A stretch of 64,000 bases of DNA from Octopus sinensis (lineage: Eukaryota), in assembly GCF_006345805.1 (NCBI RefSeq), contig NC_043002.1, forward strand, positions 12,214,001-12,278,000. The letters run 5' to 3'. Each line of letters begins with the position of its first letter. Position 1 is the first letter of the stretch. A program made the position numbers and the translations under genes. Positions 1 through 12,140 of the stretch are shown here, in pieces. Under the pieces are notes generated by a model, which ran no database searches, was not told the DNA's origin, and saw only the letters and a list, made by a program, of their open reading frames with translations.

Positions 1-149
1 ATGTGGATTTGAAACAATACTTTTTCTTTCTGAGGACTTTATAAACCCATTATTCCGCACAGTATTTTTTACAGATACATCTCGTTATAATTTCACTGTT
101 AAAAAAGAAATATGTGATGCTGGAGGTTTTCATAATTTATCTTAAATTT

Positions 150-530
150 GTTTGCTTGCTTTGGTCATTATCCTACGTGTTTTTAGTCAAATAAATCGAC
201 CCCATGACTTATTTTTAAGCCTAGTACTAATTTTCTATCGTCCCTTTTGCTCAACTACTAAGTTACGGGGACGTAAACAAAACAACAGCGGTTCTTACGC
301 GGTGGTGAGGGACAAACACACAAAGATACACAGACTGAAACTGAAAGAAGCCCGTCATATATATGTAAGACGGGTTTCTTTCAGTTTCCGTTTACCATAT
401 CCTCTCAGAAGGATTTTGTTGCCTCGAAATTATAGAAGACACTAAACCCAATGCGCAAAGGCGTAAAACTGAACATGAAAACGTGCTTGAGAAGGAAGCT
501 TCTGACCACACAGACACGCCTGCACCTATG
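150..530 (-). mobile_element. SINE family A, diverged copy
   Basis: Recognisable tail, body (gaagcccgtc, ttctttcagtttccg) and decayed tRNA-like head. Confidence 0.6.
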
Positions 531-777
531 TATATGATACGTATTAATGTATATATAATATTGCCCATTGTTCTGTCGAGGTTTATATGCCCTGACATCC
601 TAACATCAGTCTATTTTTTATAGTCAATATGCAGTGAAAATTTATAATTATCTATGTACCTCCCTCTATCTCTCTATCTACCTATGTATCTCCCTCTCTA
701 TCTATCTCTATTTATCTATCTCTCTATGTATCTCTCTCTATCTATCATCTATCTATCTATACATATATATATATATA

Positions 778-1033
778 ATAATGAAGGGTGAAATTAATTA
801 ATTTGGAATAATTATCAATTACACCAAGTAGTCTTCGGCATGTAAAAGCCTCATTCGAGGAAAATTTAAGTAATACTAAGCAATAAAGGGTTTAGCAACG
901 AATTGCCTTACCACATACCGAATTTAGAAATAGCAGTCAAAGAGAGAAGAAATAGCTATAACTCTTTGACTGCTATTTCTAAATTCGGTATGTGGTAAGG
1001 CAATTCGTTGCTAAACCCTTTATTGCTTAGTAT

Positions 1034-1036
<3 letters not shown>
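778..1036 (+). repeat. (TA)n-flanked leader plus perfect 75-bp inverted repeat (870-944 / 962-1036, 17-nt loop)
   Basis: Arms are exact reverse complements by direct reading. Confidence 0.95.
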
Positions 1037-1095
<59 letters not shown>

Positions 1096-1096
<1 letters not shown>

Positions 1097-1546
1097 GCAC
1101 ATACATACATACATATATATATATGTATATATACATACAGGCTCACACATACACGTATGTATGTACATATGTCCATGTGTGCATATCACTATATGTATTT
1201 ACATATGCCTGATGGTTGGCGGATGTCTGCCATGTATGTAAATAGTTCTCGTGAAATAAAATATGTAGCTAGTTACATTATCTTGCTGGCGTGGGATCTT
1301 GCAGTATTGGTCTACACTTCGACAGAATGGCTACCCCTAAAAGATTAGAAGATGATCATAAATTATTATTATATCGTGAAACAAAGATAAAAACTCACTG
1401 GTCAATATTTTATCTATAGTTCCGATAAGGTTGCAGCGAGGTGGGGGTAAGGCCACTTAATCTTGGTTGTCTGTGCTTATAATAAACATCGTAGCCATAT
1501 GTGGGACAAGTTAGACAGCGAGCGAGATATAGCTAATGATAGAAGG

Positions 1547-1611
<65 letters not shown>

Positions 1612-2061
1612 CGCACATACATACATACATATATATATATGTATTATACATACAGGCTCACACATACACGTATGTATGTACATATGTCCATGTGTGCATA
1701 TCACTATATGTATTTACATATGCCTGATGGTTGGCGGATGTCTGCCATGTATGTAAATAGTTCTCGTGAAATAAAATATGTAGCTAGTTACATTATCTTG
1801 CTGGCGTGGGATCTTGCAGTATTGGTCTACACTTCGACAGAATGGCTACCCCTAAAAGATTAGAAGATGATCATAAATTATTATTATATCGTGAAACAAA
1901 GATAAAAACTCACTGGTCAATATTTTATCTATAGTTCCGATAAGGTTGCAGCGAGGTGGGGGGTAAGGCCACTTAATCTTGGTTTGTCTGTGCTTATAAT
2001 AAACATCGTAGCCATATGTGGGACAAGTTAGACAGCGAGCGAGATATAGCTAATGATAGAA

Positions 2062-2063
<2 letters not shown>
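1096..2063 (+). repeat. Tandem duplication of a ~451-bp unit (1096-1546, 1612-2063) separated by (TA)n
   Basis: Units differ only by a few 1-bp indels. Confidence 0.95.
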
Positions 2064-2101
<38 letters not shown>

Positions 2102-2119
2102 ATATATATATATATATAG

Positions 2120-2160
<41 letters not shown>

Positions 2161-2559
2161 TAGGAAGAGAAGGAGAGAGAGTGAGAGAGAAAGATATATA
2201 GATATACGGAGAAGGGGAAAGCAAGAGCTGTGCTGAGCGGACAGGAATAAGGGTTGTAAATAGCTAAGCGGTTGGAAAGCGATTGATAAGAGACCATCTG
2301 AACGGAGAATCAGAATAAACAAAATCCTTTTGCTTCCCACTACATACGAGTTTAAGTGATCTGCTGACTCATGATAGATATTGGGTAGCAAGGCTTATAA
2401 ATAAACGATGATATGGTTAATAACTAATGTGTCCCTTTGAAGTTACCACATAAATACAACAGAGCGAAACCTGACCATGGATTCCGCTTAATACAGCTGA
2501 AAGAAACAGATGCCTTACGGTTTCAGGCTGAGGATATGCTTCTTGCTATGTATTCTTAT

Positions 2560-2561
2560 CC

Positions 2562-2645
<84 letters not shown>

Positions 2646-2779
2646 TAGTGAGTGAGAGAGCAGTGTATGCCATCAAAGTGACATTATTATTATTATTATT
2701 ATCATCATTATTATTATTATTATATCATTATTATTATTATATTATTATCATTATTATATTATTATTATCATTATTATTA

Positions 2780-2810
<31 letters not shown>

Positions 2811-3013
2811 TATTATTATTATTGTTATTGTTATTGTTATTATTATTATTATTATTATTACTATTATTATTATTGTTACCATTATTATTAATATTATTAT
2901 GATTATTATTATTATTATCATTATTATTATTACTACTACTGTTATTATTATTACTATTGTTATTATTGTTACTATTATTATTACTATTATTATTATCATT
3001 AACATCATTATTA

Positions 3014-3059
<46 letters not shown>

Positions 3060-3476
3060 CATTATTATTATTATTACTATTGTTGTTGTTATTATTATTA
3101 TTATTGGTAGTAGTAGTAGTAGTAGTAGTAGTAGTATTACTATTGTTATTATTATTTTTATTATTTTTATTGTTATTATGATTACTATTATTATCATTAT
3201 GATTATTGTTATTTATATTGCTTTCATCAGCGGCAGCATTATCCTTACTATACCTGTTATTATCATTATATTATTGTTGTTGATGTCAAAGTAGTTTTCT
3301 GCTTTCAACAGAGTATAGGAAGTGATCAATCTGATTCTTGCAGTTTTGATTATTGAACATCAAATTGTTACCGGTGTCTTTGGATATTTGGTTTCATATC
3401 ATAAGATCCTTGCCACACCAAGGAGATATGCTCTGTCTTCTTTCTTTGGCTTACAAAGTTCTTATGCTGGAAGGCA

Positions 3477-3550
<74 letters not shown>

Positions 3551-3653
3551 TTATTATTATTAATACTATTGTTATTATTGTTACCATTATTATTAATATT
3601 TTTATTATTTCTATTATTATTATTATAATTATTATTATTATTATTAATATGAT

Positions 3654-3694
<41 letters not shown>

Positions 3695-3777
3695 TTATTA
3701 TTATTATTAATTATTGTTATTATTGATACCATTATTATTAATATTTTTATTATTTCTATTATTATTATTATTATGAT

Positions 3778-3827
<50 letters not shown>

Positions 3828-3895
3828 TTATTATTATTATAATTATCATCATCATCATCTTCATCATCACCACCACCACCACCACCACCACCAGG
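2560..3895 (+). repeat. Compound (ATT)n/(ACT)n/(CAT)n microsatellite field
   Basis: Direct reading. Includes a ~130-bp internal duplication (~3575-3715, 3724-3840). Confidence 0.95.
2645..2690 (-). mobile_element. Element E 3'-terminal fragment
   Basis: gtgagtgagagagcagtgtatgccatcaaagtgac matches ~21616-21650. Sits inside (ATT)n. Confidence 0.7.
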
Positions 3896-4149
3896 ACGGC
3901 CAAAGTAGCTACCGGTTTTTTTTATCCGTCTTTATGTTCAGCGTTCAAATTCGACTTTGACTTTCATCCTTTCGGGGGTGGATAAAATAAGTACCAGTCG
4001 TGCACTAGGGTAGTGCGGAGTGGGGTGTCGATGCAATCGACCTACCTCTGCCCCAAACTTGTTGCCTTAGTGCCAAAATTTGAAATCACCACCACCACCA
4101 TCATCATCATCGCCACCACAACCACCACGACCAACATGACCACCACCAC

Positions 4150-5178
4150 CATCATCATTGTATATATTGGTAGGCCATTGTTCATTTACAGTGTCATGTG
4201 ACAAAGAAAAATGGGAAGACAGAGAGAAAAAGGTAGCCCACTGTTTCTCATCCATTGTTGAAGTATCGGCACTTTGGGTCTACACCATTTTTATTCACAT
4301 TGGCCTGATAGTTCCGGGTCAATAAGCTCTGATCTTGGGAAGCCAATATAAAGCATTCACACTCTGCCTTTAACCCTGAGCTCCGTAGCCACTGATGGGT
4401 GTGCTACTGGTCTGATTCAGCTTGTTTGCTATGGGCCACATATTTGTTATGGAGAAGTTTTTGTTCCCACCTAACAGTCAATTGTGCAAATGCGTTTTGC
4501 TTTGCTATTGGTTTCTCCTTCTTTGCAACAACAGTTGCTGCACTTCCATCATGCTGTTCAACCTGGGTACTACGCATAAACTCACTTGAAAATTTTTTGC
4601 TCTCCTTCATAAAAGAATGAAGCTTCTTACGTCTTTCTTGATTGTCAACGAGATTTAGCATCCAGTCGTTAGTTGTTCCAAGTTGTTTGTCAGTTCAATT
4701 GTAGTGGTTTTGTAGATTTTAAACTGGGCCAGGCCTCGACCTCCTTGAGCTCTGGGTAGTTAAGGACGATCTGCGTCAGCCTTTCGGGGGTGCATCTTAT
4801 TGCAAGTCAGCAGCTTACGGATTTTCCTGTCAATCTTCCTTATTTCGCTCATATTCCAGTTCAACACATTGAAACTGTAAATAACAACCGGAACTGCCAA
4901 GGAATTTGTAGCTAACAACTTGTCACGTGCATTTAACTCGGATTTTAGGACTGCTCGAACTCTCCTATAACACTCCTTCTTGATCTTCTGTTTCATACTT
5001 GCATGATGGATGCCAGAGCCCTCGTTTATTTCGAGGTATTTGTAAGTTTGTTCCTGCTCGAGTTCTTTCATGACCGTCAACATCTAACACCACTGAATGT
5101 GAGGTCTTCAGTTTCTCTTTCTGGAAAGTGACCTTGGTACATTTATCAAGACCAAATTCCATCCCAACGACAATTATT
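4150..5178 (-). mobile_element. Degenerate R4/Dong-clade non-LTR retrotransposon fragment (RT C-terminal/thumb to CCHC region)
   Basis: Frameshifted peptides GMEFGLDKC, TYKYL, VLKSELNARDK, KIRKLLT..MHP.KADADR, then a WLRSSGL region and a PKCR motif. The 5' junction is in (ATT)n. Confidence 0.8.
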
Positions 5179-6277
5179 ATTATTATTAAGGCAGAGAGCA
5201 AGTCTAATCGTTAGCGCGTCGGACGAACTGCTTAGTGGTACTTCTGACACAATATGAGTTCGAATTACGCTGGCATGAATTGTGCCTTTCATTGTTTTGG
5301 GGTCGATAAAATAATATACCTCTCAAGTCCTGCGATCGATCGAATCGATATGTGTTCACCCACCGAATTTACTATATATCTCTCTTAATTAGAAACTAGG
5401 ACCCTTTACATTTTAACCATTTCAACAACTCCAACAATTATTCATACATGATACTTGATTGGAAGCGGCACTTTTCTGATCCCTGAGTCAGATCTAAAAG
5501 ACCATGACCCCCAAAGCAGACGCATATTGCTCAGATACTGGAAGTAGGGACCGATTAAGTCACACAGAATCTAGGAGTTTGTTCTGAACCAGGCGAGACA
5601 TGATGTCTACTGTCTAAATTGCCCACCAAATTATTGCGTTTTGTGAATCTCGTATGTTACAACAGATTTGTGTTTTTGTTTCTGGTGTTGATTTCCGATT
5701 TCATGAGTTTGGGTCCTTGATCTCTTGAACTCTGTGAAAGCAACGGGGTGCGGGGAACAATGTGCTTTTCAGTAGGGATATGTGATAGAGAATTAGTTGG
5801 GACCAGGGTTCACTCGATGCTGGAAAGCCTTGGACTAATTGCGAAGTGGGTGCCATGCGCAGCTCAAGTGTCGGTTTGAAAGTGGCCAAAATACATCGAC
5901 TTTTTGCATTCGGAGTCGGAGCAGACCAACACCCTAATCACACGAGTGTTTACTCTAAATATGAAGCAAAATGGTGAGACGCGTTATTTTATTTGCTGAT
6001 AATTGTATTTCGTATGCGCTATGCATCGATTTCTGCAGTGTTTGAGCAGTGAATAGGGGAACTACATTTCTAAAACAGTTTCTGAAAGTATAAACCCTGC
6101 TGTGTATGTGCTTCTTTTAATGCGTTGGATTACATTTTGCTTTACAATACACTCCGCATCATTTATAATGGAACCGTTTATGATACCATTTTTACTTTCA
6201 TATCCTAACACTTGCGCGAATCAATAAATCTGTTGTGGCGATTCCTGTCAGTGATCCGGGGCGATGGCCTCCCATGT

Positions 6278-6570
6278 GGAGGCACATGGCCTAGTAGTTA
6301 GAGCAGCGGACTCGCGGTCAAGGGATCGTGGGTTCGAATCTCAGACCGGGCGGTGTGTGTGTGTTTATGAGCAAAACACCTAAGCTCCCGGCAGAAGGTA
6401 ATGGCGAACTTCTGCTGACTCTTTCGCCACAACTTTCTCTCACTCTTTCCTCCTGCATCTTGCAGCTTACCTGCGACGGACCGGCGTCTCGTCCAGTTGG
6501 GAAACCTATACACCAAGGAAACTGGGAAACCGGCCCTTATGAGCCAGGGATGGCTCGAGAAGGAACAAAC
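6278..6570 (+). mobile_element. SINE family C, tail type 1
   Basis: tRNA-like head (A box tggcctagtag, B box gggttcgaatctc), shared central ccacaactttctctcactctttc domain, unique tail ending aaggaacaaac. Confidence 0.85.
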
Positions 6571-7136
6571 TATATAGCCTCCCATGGAATTGTTTGCTTC
6601 AATGCTGGATTCCTTTTCTTAAAAAGTTCTCCATTTCTGTGCATGTAACTCTTCTCAAAGATGTCATGCCCATGAGCAACCAGCAACCTTCTGTCGATGT
6701 TAAACAGGCTGTATTACTCATTCGTAGAGAACTCAAAAATGGCATTTGCTTTCTGCATGGAATCCATTTCTTGCAATGAAGAATATAGAAAACAAGTTAC
6801 TATGAACGAAACGTTACTCCACTGACGTGTATAACACGAACGGCCTATGACAATTACGGGAAAAGTTACGGTGACTTTTATATTACCTTCGCACAGCCCT
6901 CGTGTACGTTTATTCGTTTGTGTGCTTATGTGTGTGTGTGTGTGCGTATGTGTGTGCATATATACGTACACACGCACAATATATATGTATGTATACATAT
7001 ATATGTGTGTGTATGTATATAGATATATAGTATATTATATATATATATATATATTATATATATATATATTATTATGTATGTTTATCTATATATCTATATA
7101 TATCAGATATAAGTGTATTATATATACATATATATA

Positions 7137-7204
<68 letters not shown>

Positions 7205-7246
7205 TATGCAGGTACGGGCACACACATATACGCAAGCGTGTGCACA

Positions 7247-7290
<44 letters not shown>

Positions 7291-7970
7291 TGTTACGCCC
7301 TAAAAATAGGGGGTAAAAAATCATGCGGTATTTAGCAGAATTGCTTCGAAACATTTAGATATAAACAATAGATGAACATCAAAGAAACATTAAGGGAAAC
7401 TGCGGTGTATCCCTTGTAGCAGTCGTTGACTCAAGCCAACAACTGTTTAGAATTACATGGCCAACCTGTGTGAGTGGATTAAATGGTCATATAAACAACA
7501 TCACAAAAGGAATTTTCTCTCGCAGAATATTCGTGTTTAAATGCGACGAATTTATGTGTTTTCCGCATTCATTGACAGAACACTCTTATTCCAGCCACAG
7601 CGATCTCAACCAATGAATGATTTCAAGTAAAACAGAGTATATTATGTCAATGACTCCTAACGCCAATGAGCTTTATTTGCGTGTGTTTATATATATACAT
7701 ATACATATATATATATATATTTACATATATATATATACATGTGTATATATATATTTACCTAAGGTATTATATATATATATACATATATACATATATATAC
7801 TTATATATACATACGTATATATATATATAGGTATAGATATGTATATATATATATATGTGTGTGTGTGTATATATGTATATATATGCAAGCATATACGTGT
7901 GTGTGTGTGTGTACATGTGTGTATGTCACTCTCTCTCTCTTTCTCTCTCTCTCTGTATATATATATATAG

Positions 7971-8002
<32 letters not shown>

Positions 8003-8931
8003 TATATCGTGTAGTTTCACTTTGCGCATATAAGAGTTCCTTTATTTGAAGTTACAACCCGCTTCATATTATGCAATTCCTCATGTAATCCATTAGATCT
8101 TTATTGGACACGCAATGATCTTAATAGAAATTATTTCTGTTCTTTAGTTTGTTGACGCATCAAGGTTAAGGTCGCCATGGAACAACGCCTTCCCTGAATC
8201 CGCAATAATTATGACATAAGCTAATATTTATTGATTGTCCAAAAGAAAACGACACCGGTTTCCTGAAAAAAAAAACATGTGCGTGAAAATGTAAGATCTA
8301 TACTTCTGGAACAATTCTAAACATGTTAATAATTCTACATACTATAGGGAAAAAGGCCTGAAAATTTGCGGCAGGGATTCTAGTGAATTACATTGACCCC
8401 AGAATACAACTGGTACTTATTATATCGAATCTAAGAGGATGAGAGACAAAGTTGGCCTCGAGAGAATTTGGACCCGGAACGTAAAGACGGACGAAATGCC
8501 GCTAAGCATTTTATCCGTCGCTGAAATGGTTCTGTCAGCTCACCGGTTTAAACTATATAAAAATAATTATTTTTACTATAATTGATCACGCATAGTATCT
8601 TTTTCCTCCAAGAAATGAAAGCTGAAGAAGCAGCTGACAAACTGACTCTACCTCATATGATAAAGCCTGTCTCGAGCCTATAGGTTCTCTAAACTGGAGC
8701 TTCTCGTGGTATTTAAACAACTGAGGGTATATAAACCCAGCAAGTACGCAGCGTTACAAGCCAACTGTTAGTGATGATAATTTTTTGCAGTCTTGGAGAA
8801 ATTTCGAACCCGGTTTCTCATTCCTAATTATTATTGTTGTTGTTGAATTCTTCACGTACGATGTTGACTTTCCTGCTAATGGACTGATTATATCCACAAG
8901 GAAGCGGCTCAGTGGATGACATGCTATACCT

Positions 8932-10104
8932 CTACATACTGAATCTCCCTATAGCTCTTAATGGAATACCATCCTTGTGAATCTTAGGGAGACCGTACAT
9001 GTGTGGTACTTTACTGTAGTGTTGAGTCAGTTGTCTGTACTTCATAGGTATAAAGTGGTCCTTGTTGTTGATCAAGGTCTTTGACAACTTCCTCTCTGTT
9101 TTCAGAGTTGGGTCTTTCTTTTCTTTGCTGTAGCTACCCTCACTTATAAGACTTGCCAATTTTTCCGAGTAGTCAGACTTGTTCATCACCACTGTCGCAT
9201 TTCCCTTGTCCGCTGGAAGTATTATGATGGAATTGTCACTCTGTAGTCTTTTGATAGTGAACTTTTCTTCCTTAGTGATGTTTGGCTTAGGAAGTTTTGC
9301 TTTTGCTAGTATCTGTCTCACTTTCCACCTTAGTTCATCTCTCTGAGCCTTTGGTATCTTTAGAGCTATCTCTTCAAAAGCGGCTATTATGTCCAAGTAT
9401 GGAATGCGCTTAATGGTTGTTGCAAAGCTGAGACCTTTGTTCAGTACTGCTTCTTCAGAGCTTTCTAGGTGTCGGCTACTTACATTAATTACTGTTTTCA
9501 TATTTGGGGAACGGATTTCAGTCTTCATTCTCTGACCTTCGAGTTTCATAAACTTCTTAATCTGGCGTGTCTTCACCATTTCATATTCTTTCACGTACAA
9601 CTTTTCCAGATCTTGTTGGATTCTCTTTCTATCATCTTCTCTGGTTATTCTCCTAAGTAATGAAGATAACCGGTCTTTGATTTCGTTATTTAATTGATGT
9701 TTTTTCCAGCGGTTGTAATGGATCCTCTCACGGACGAGGGCTTGCCCTGCCCTTTCCGCTACTCTTTTAGCTTTATGTGAATCGACGGGTGTCATTATAT
9801 TCAAGCCAGGTGGTATTAGCTTTGAGTATCTACATCTACATAAGAAAGTTAGATGGTTTGAAAGACGAGCTAGTTTTTGATGGAGTTTCTCTATATGACT
9901 CCATTGAAGTCTAATGTCGGATCCGTACCGATTAGGTAATAAAGTTCTATATTTAAGTGATGAGGAATTATGTTCATTATTTACATTATTTACATTTGAC
10001 GGATATTTGTCTTCATCTTGCTTGTTGTTAACACAACGTTTCGACTGATATACTCTCCAGCCTTCTTCAGGTGTCTTGGGGAAATTTCGAACCTGGGTTC
10101 TCAT
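8932..10104 (-). CDS. PLE polyprotein N-terminal region plus start of reverse transcriptase (390 aa, then frameshift; no YxDD or GIY-YIG retained)
   Basis: ORF track 8932..10104, with motifs typical of the PLE pre-RT and RT motif 0-2 regions. Truncated, so it cannot be an autonomous copy. Confidence 0.85.
   Translation of the reverse strand: MRTQVRNFPKTPEEGWRVYQSKRCVNNKQDEDKYPSNVNNVNNEHNSSSLKYRTLLPNRYGSDIRLQWSHIEKLHQKLARLSNHLTFLCRCRYSKLIPPGLNIMTPVDSHKAKRVAERAGQALVRERIHYNRWKKHQLNNEIKDRLSSLLRRITREDDRKRIQQDLEKLYVKEYEMVKTRQIKKFMKLEGQRMKTEIRSPNMKTVINVSSRHLESSEEAVLNKGLSFATTIKRIPYLDIIAAFEEIALKIPKAQRDELRWKVRQILAKAKLPKPNITKEEKFTIKRLQSDNSIIILPADKGNATVVMNKSDYSEKLASLISEGSYSKEKKDPTLKTERKLSKTLINNKDHFIPMKYRQLTQHYSKVPHMYGLPKIHKDGIPLRAIGRFSM
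10030..10075 (-). ncRNA. Minimal type I hammerhead ribozyme of PLE type
   Basis: Minus strand reads GACAC-CUGAAGA-A-GGCUG(gagaguauau)CAGUC-GAAA-CGU-U/GUGUU. It has the conserved core, a 5-bp stem II, a loopless palindromic stem III (ACGU) and stem I GACAC/GUGUU. Predicted cleavage is between 10035 and 10034. Confidence 0.8.
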
Positions 10105-10192
10105 TCCTCAGGTTACACTGCAGCACACCTACCATCGTCTCGTGGAGCACCAGTGTGCCGCGGCACACCGGTTGCAGAGCACTGGTCTAAGG

Positions 10193-10412
10193 CAGTGATT
10201 CAACACGGGTCCATATACGATTTCATTGTTAAAATTCATGTGCAATAAACGGGTTATACTTCGACATCGCACAGAATATTTCAACAATTCCTAATCATGT
10301 ATAATTCTAAAAGTGTAACGGGGTTTTTAAAACATGGAATGGTTACAAGCGTCCATCCAAGTAAAATAGGAATAAAAAGGGTCTGTGAATGAAAAATGGT
10401 TGAGAACCACTG
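10193..10412. mobile_element. hAT (Charlie-like) MITE
   Basis: Ends cagtgatt..caac / ggttgagaaccactg. The 8-bp flanks gtctaagg and atctaaaa resemble the nTCTAGAn target. The right end is also seen at ~50895-50983. Confidence 0.6.
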
Positions 10413-10578
10413 ATCTAAAAGGAGGGAACCGTTCCATAATGTCAAACAAGCAGCAACGATAGGATTCTGATTCTTGAATCTTCTGGATCGTATTCAGAAT
10501 GTTTATATTTATTATTTACTCTAAAAAAACTCCTTGTTGAAAGAACACGACAAGACACTGCAGGACACAGCAGCTGCA

Positions 10579-11060
10579 GGAGGCACAATGGCCAAGTGGT
10601 TAAGGCAACAAACTCGCGGGCGTAAGAACTCGGTTTCGATACCCAGACCGAGCATTGTGAGTGTTTATTGAGCAAAAAACACCTAAGCTACACGAGGCTC
10701 CGGCGGGAAGGAGTGAACCCCGCTGCACTCTTTCACCACAACTTTCTCTCACTCTTTCTCCCTACTTCTGTCACAAAGCAGGGGAACCATGGTGTAACCC
10801 ACTATGGTGTGGTAAACTTTCAGACCTTAGTCTAGATTGAGAATCCTCTGTACCCCAGGATGGTTCAGCTCTCCACCCGTGAAATGCCACCGTTTACGAA
10901 ATGAGGATAACAAAGTAGCATTCACGCCCGTGCAGCCGCCAGTCTATCGCGTGTGGTGAGTGGATCTTCAAGTTGCCACACGCATTCTTGGAGTAGGCTC
11001 GAATTAGGGATTATTCTTTGAGGCTAATGGCGTTAGTCCTGATATGAAGAAGAGAACAAC
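10579..11060 (+). mobile_element. SINE family C, tail type 2
   Basis: Same head and core. Long tail shared with the 34716 and 58325 copies. Confidence 0.85.
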
Positions 11061-11340
11061 AGCTGCAGTGACTTTGCTCATATATCTGTTTGAGCAGGGT
11101 GGGGTTCCCGATGTTAAACAACAGCAGAATCAACAAAAAAGGGAGTTCTTGTCTATAAAAATTGGAATTACCGGAAAGTATCAGATACGACCGTACAGAG
11201 GTGGCATACGAATATATAAGAATTTTTAACAAATTAGCTGAGAATAGATTTTTATTTACCTTTAAAATCTGAGATAAATAATTCCACAGTCACTAACATC
11301 TAAAATAAGCACCACTCATTCACTGAGGTGTGGCTTATAG

Positions 11341-11412
11341 GGCCACTCATTGATGACAGAGGCCCTCATTGATGACAGAGCCCCTCATGGATGATAGAGA
11401 CCCTCGTTGATT
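11341..11412 (+). repeat. ~19-20-bp tandem repeat (ccctcattgatgacagag) x ~4
   Basis: Direct reading; diverges rightwards. Confidence 0.85.
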
Positions 11413-11524
11413 ATGTGTACTAACATTTCTCTTTAATGAATGGTAATTATCCACGTCAATCTGGAATTGGTATAATGGTTGTATTTCACACTACATAATT
11501 AATTATGTTGTTAAGAGAGAGAGA

Positions 11525-11710
11525 GCTGGCAGAATTGTTATTCACGCCGGTCAAAATGCTTAGCGGCATTTTATTTTTTTTTACTGCCCTTACTCCAAAT
11601 TCTGCCGAGGTCGACTTTTCTTATCGACCTTTTCGGGTCGCCAAAATAAGTACCACTTGATCACTGGGCTCAATGCCATCGATATATACACGCAGTCGAT
11701 ATTACTGGCC
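11525..11710 (+). mobile_element. SINE family B (B1), diverged; other scattered copies at ~3890-4085 (+), 5187-5370 (+), 8350-8548 (-), 12180-12390 (+)
   Basis: gagctggcagaa..atgcttagcggcattt..aaattc.gccgaggtcgac motifs. Confidence 0.7.
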
Positions 11711-11711
11711 T

Positions 11712-12140
11712 TACTGTTTTACTCTTTTACTCTTCTGCTTGTTTCAGTCATTTGACTGTGGCCATGCTGGAGCACCGCCTTTAGTCGAGCAAATCGACCC
11801 CAGGACTTATTCTTTCTAAGCCTAGTACTAATTCTATCGGTCTCTTTTGCCGAACTGCTAAGTTACTGGGACGTAAACATACCACCATCGGTTGTCAAGC
11901 GATGTAGGGGGACAAACACAGACACACAAACATACACACACACATATATATATATACATATACATATATACATATACATATGTACGACGGGCTTCTTTCA
12001 GTTTCCATCGACCAAATGGTCGGTCAAAATGGTCGGCCCGAGGCTATAGTTGAAGACACTTGTCCAAGTTGCCACGTAGTGGGACTGAACCCGGAACCAT
12101 GTGGCTGGTAAGCAAGCTATTTACCACACAGCCGCTCCTA
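11712..12140 (-). mobile_element. SINE family A (tRNA-like head, internal microsatellite, AAGAGTA-type tail)
   Basis: High similarity to the 26123, 52020 and 52836 copies. Confidence 0.85.

Larger units (their letters stand above)
8785..10108 (-). mobile_element. Penelope-like element (PLE), 3'-truncated inside the RT domain
   Basis: Long ORF with PLE-type N-terminus (LSNHLTFLCRCR..LIPPGL), PADKGNATVVMN and YGLPKIHK..PLR. A frameshifted continuation reads CRGIACHPLSRFLVDIISPLAGKSTSYVKNS to ~8835. There is a 5' hammerhead motif and a ~35-bp direct repeat at 10074-10108 and 8791-8825. Confidence 0.9.
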
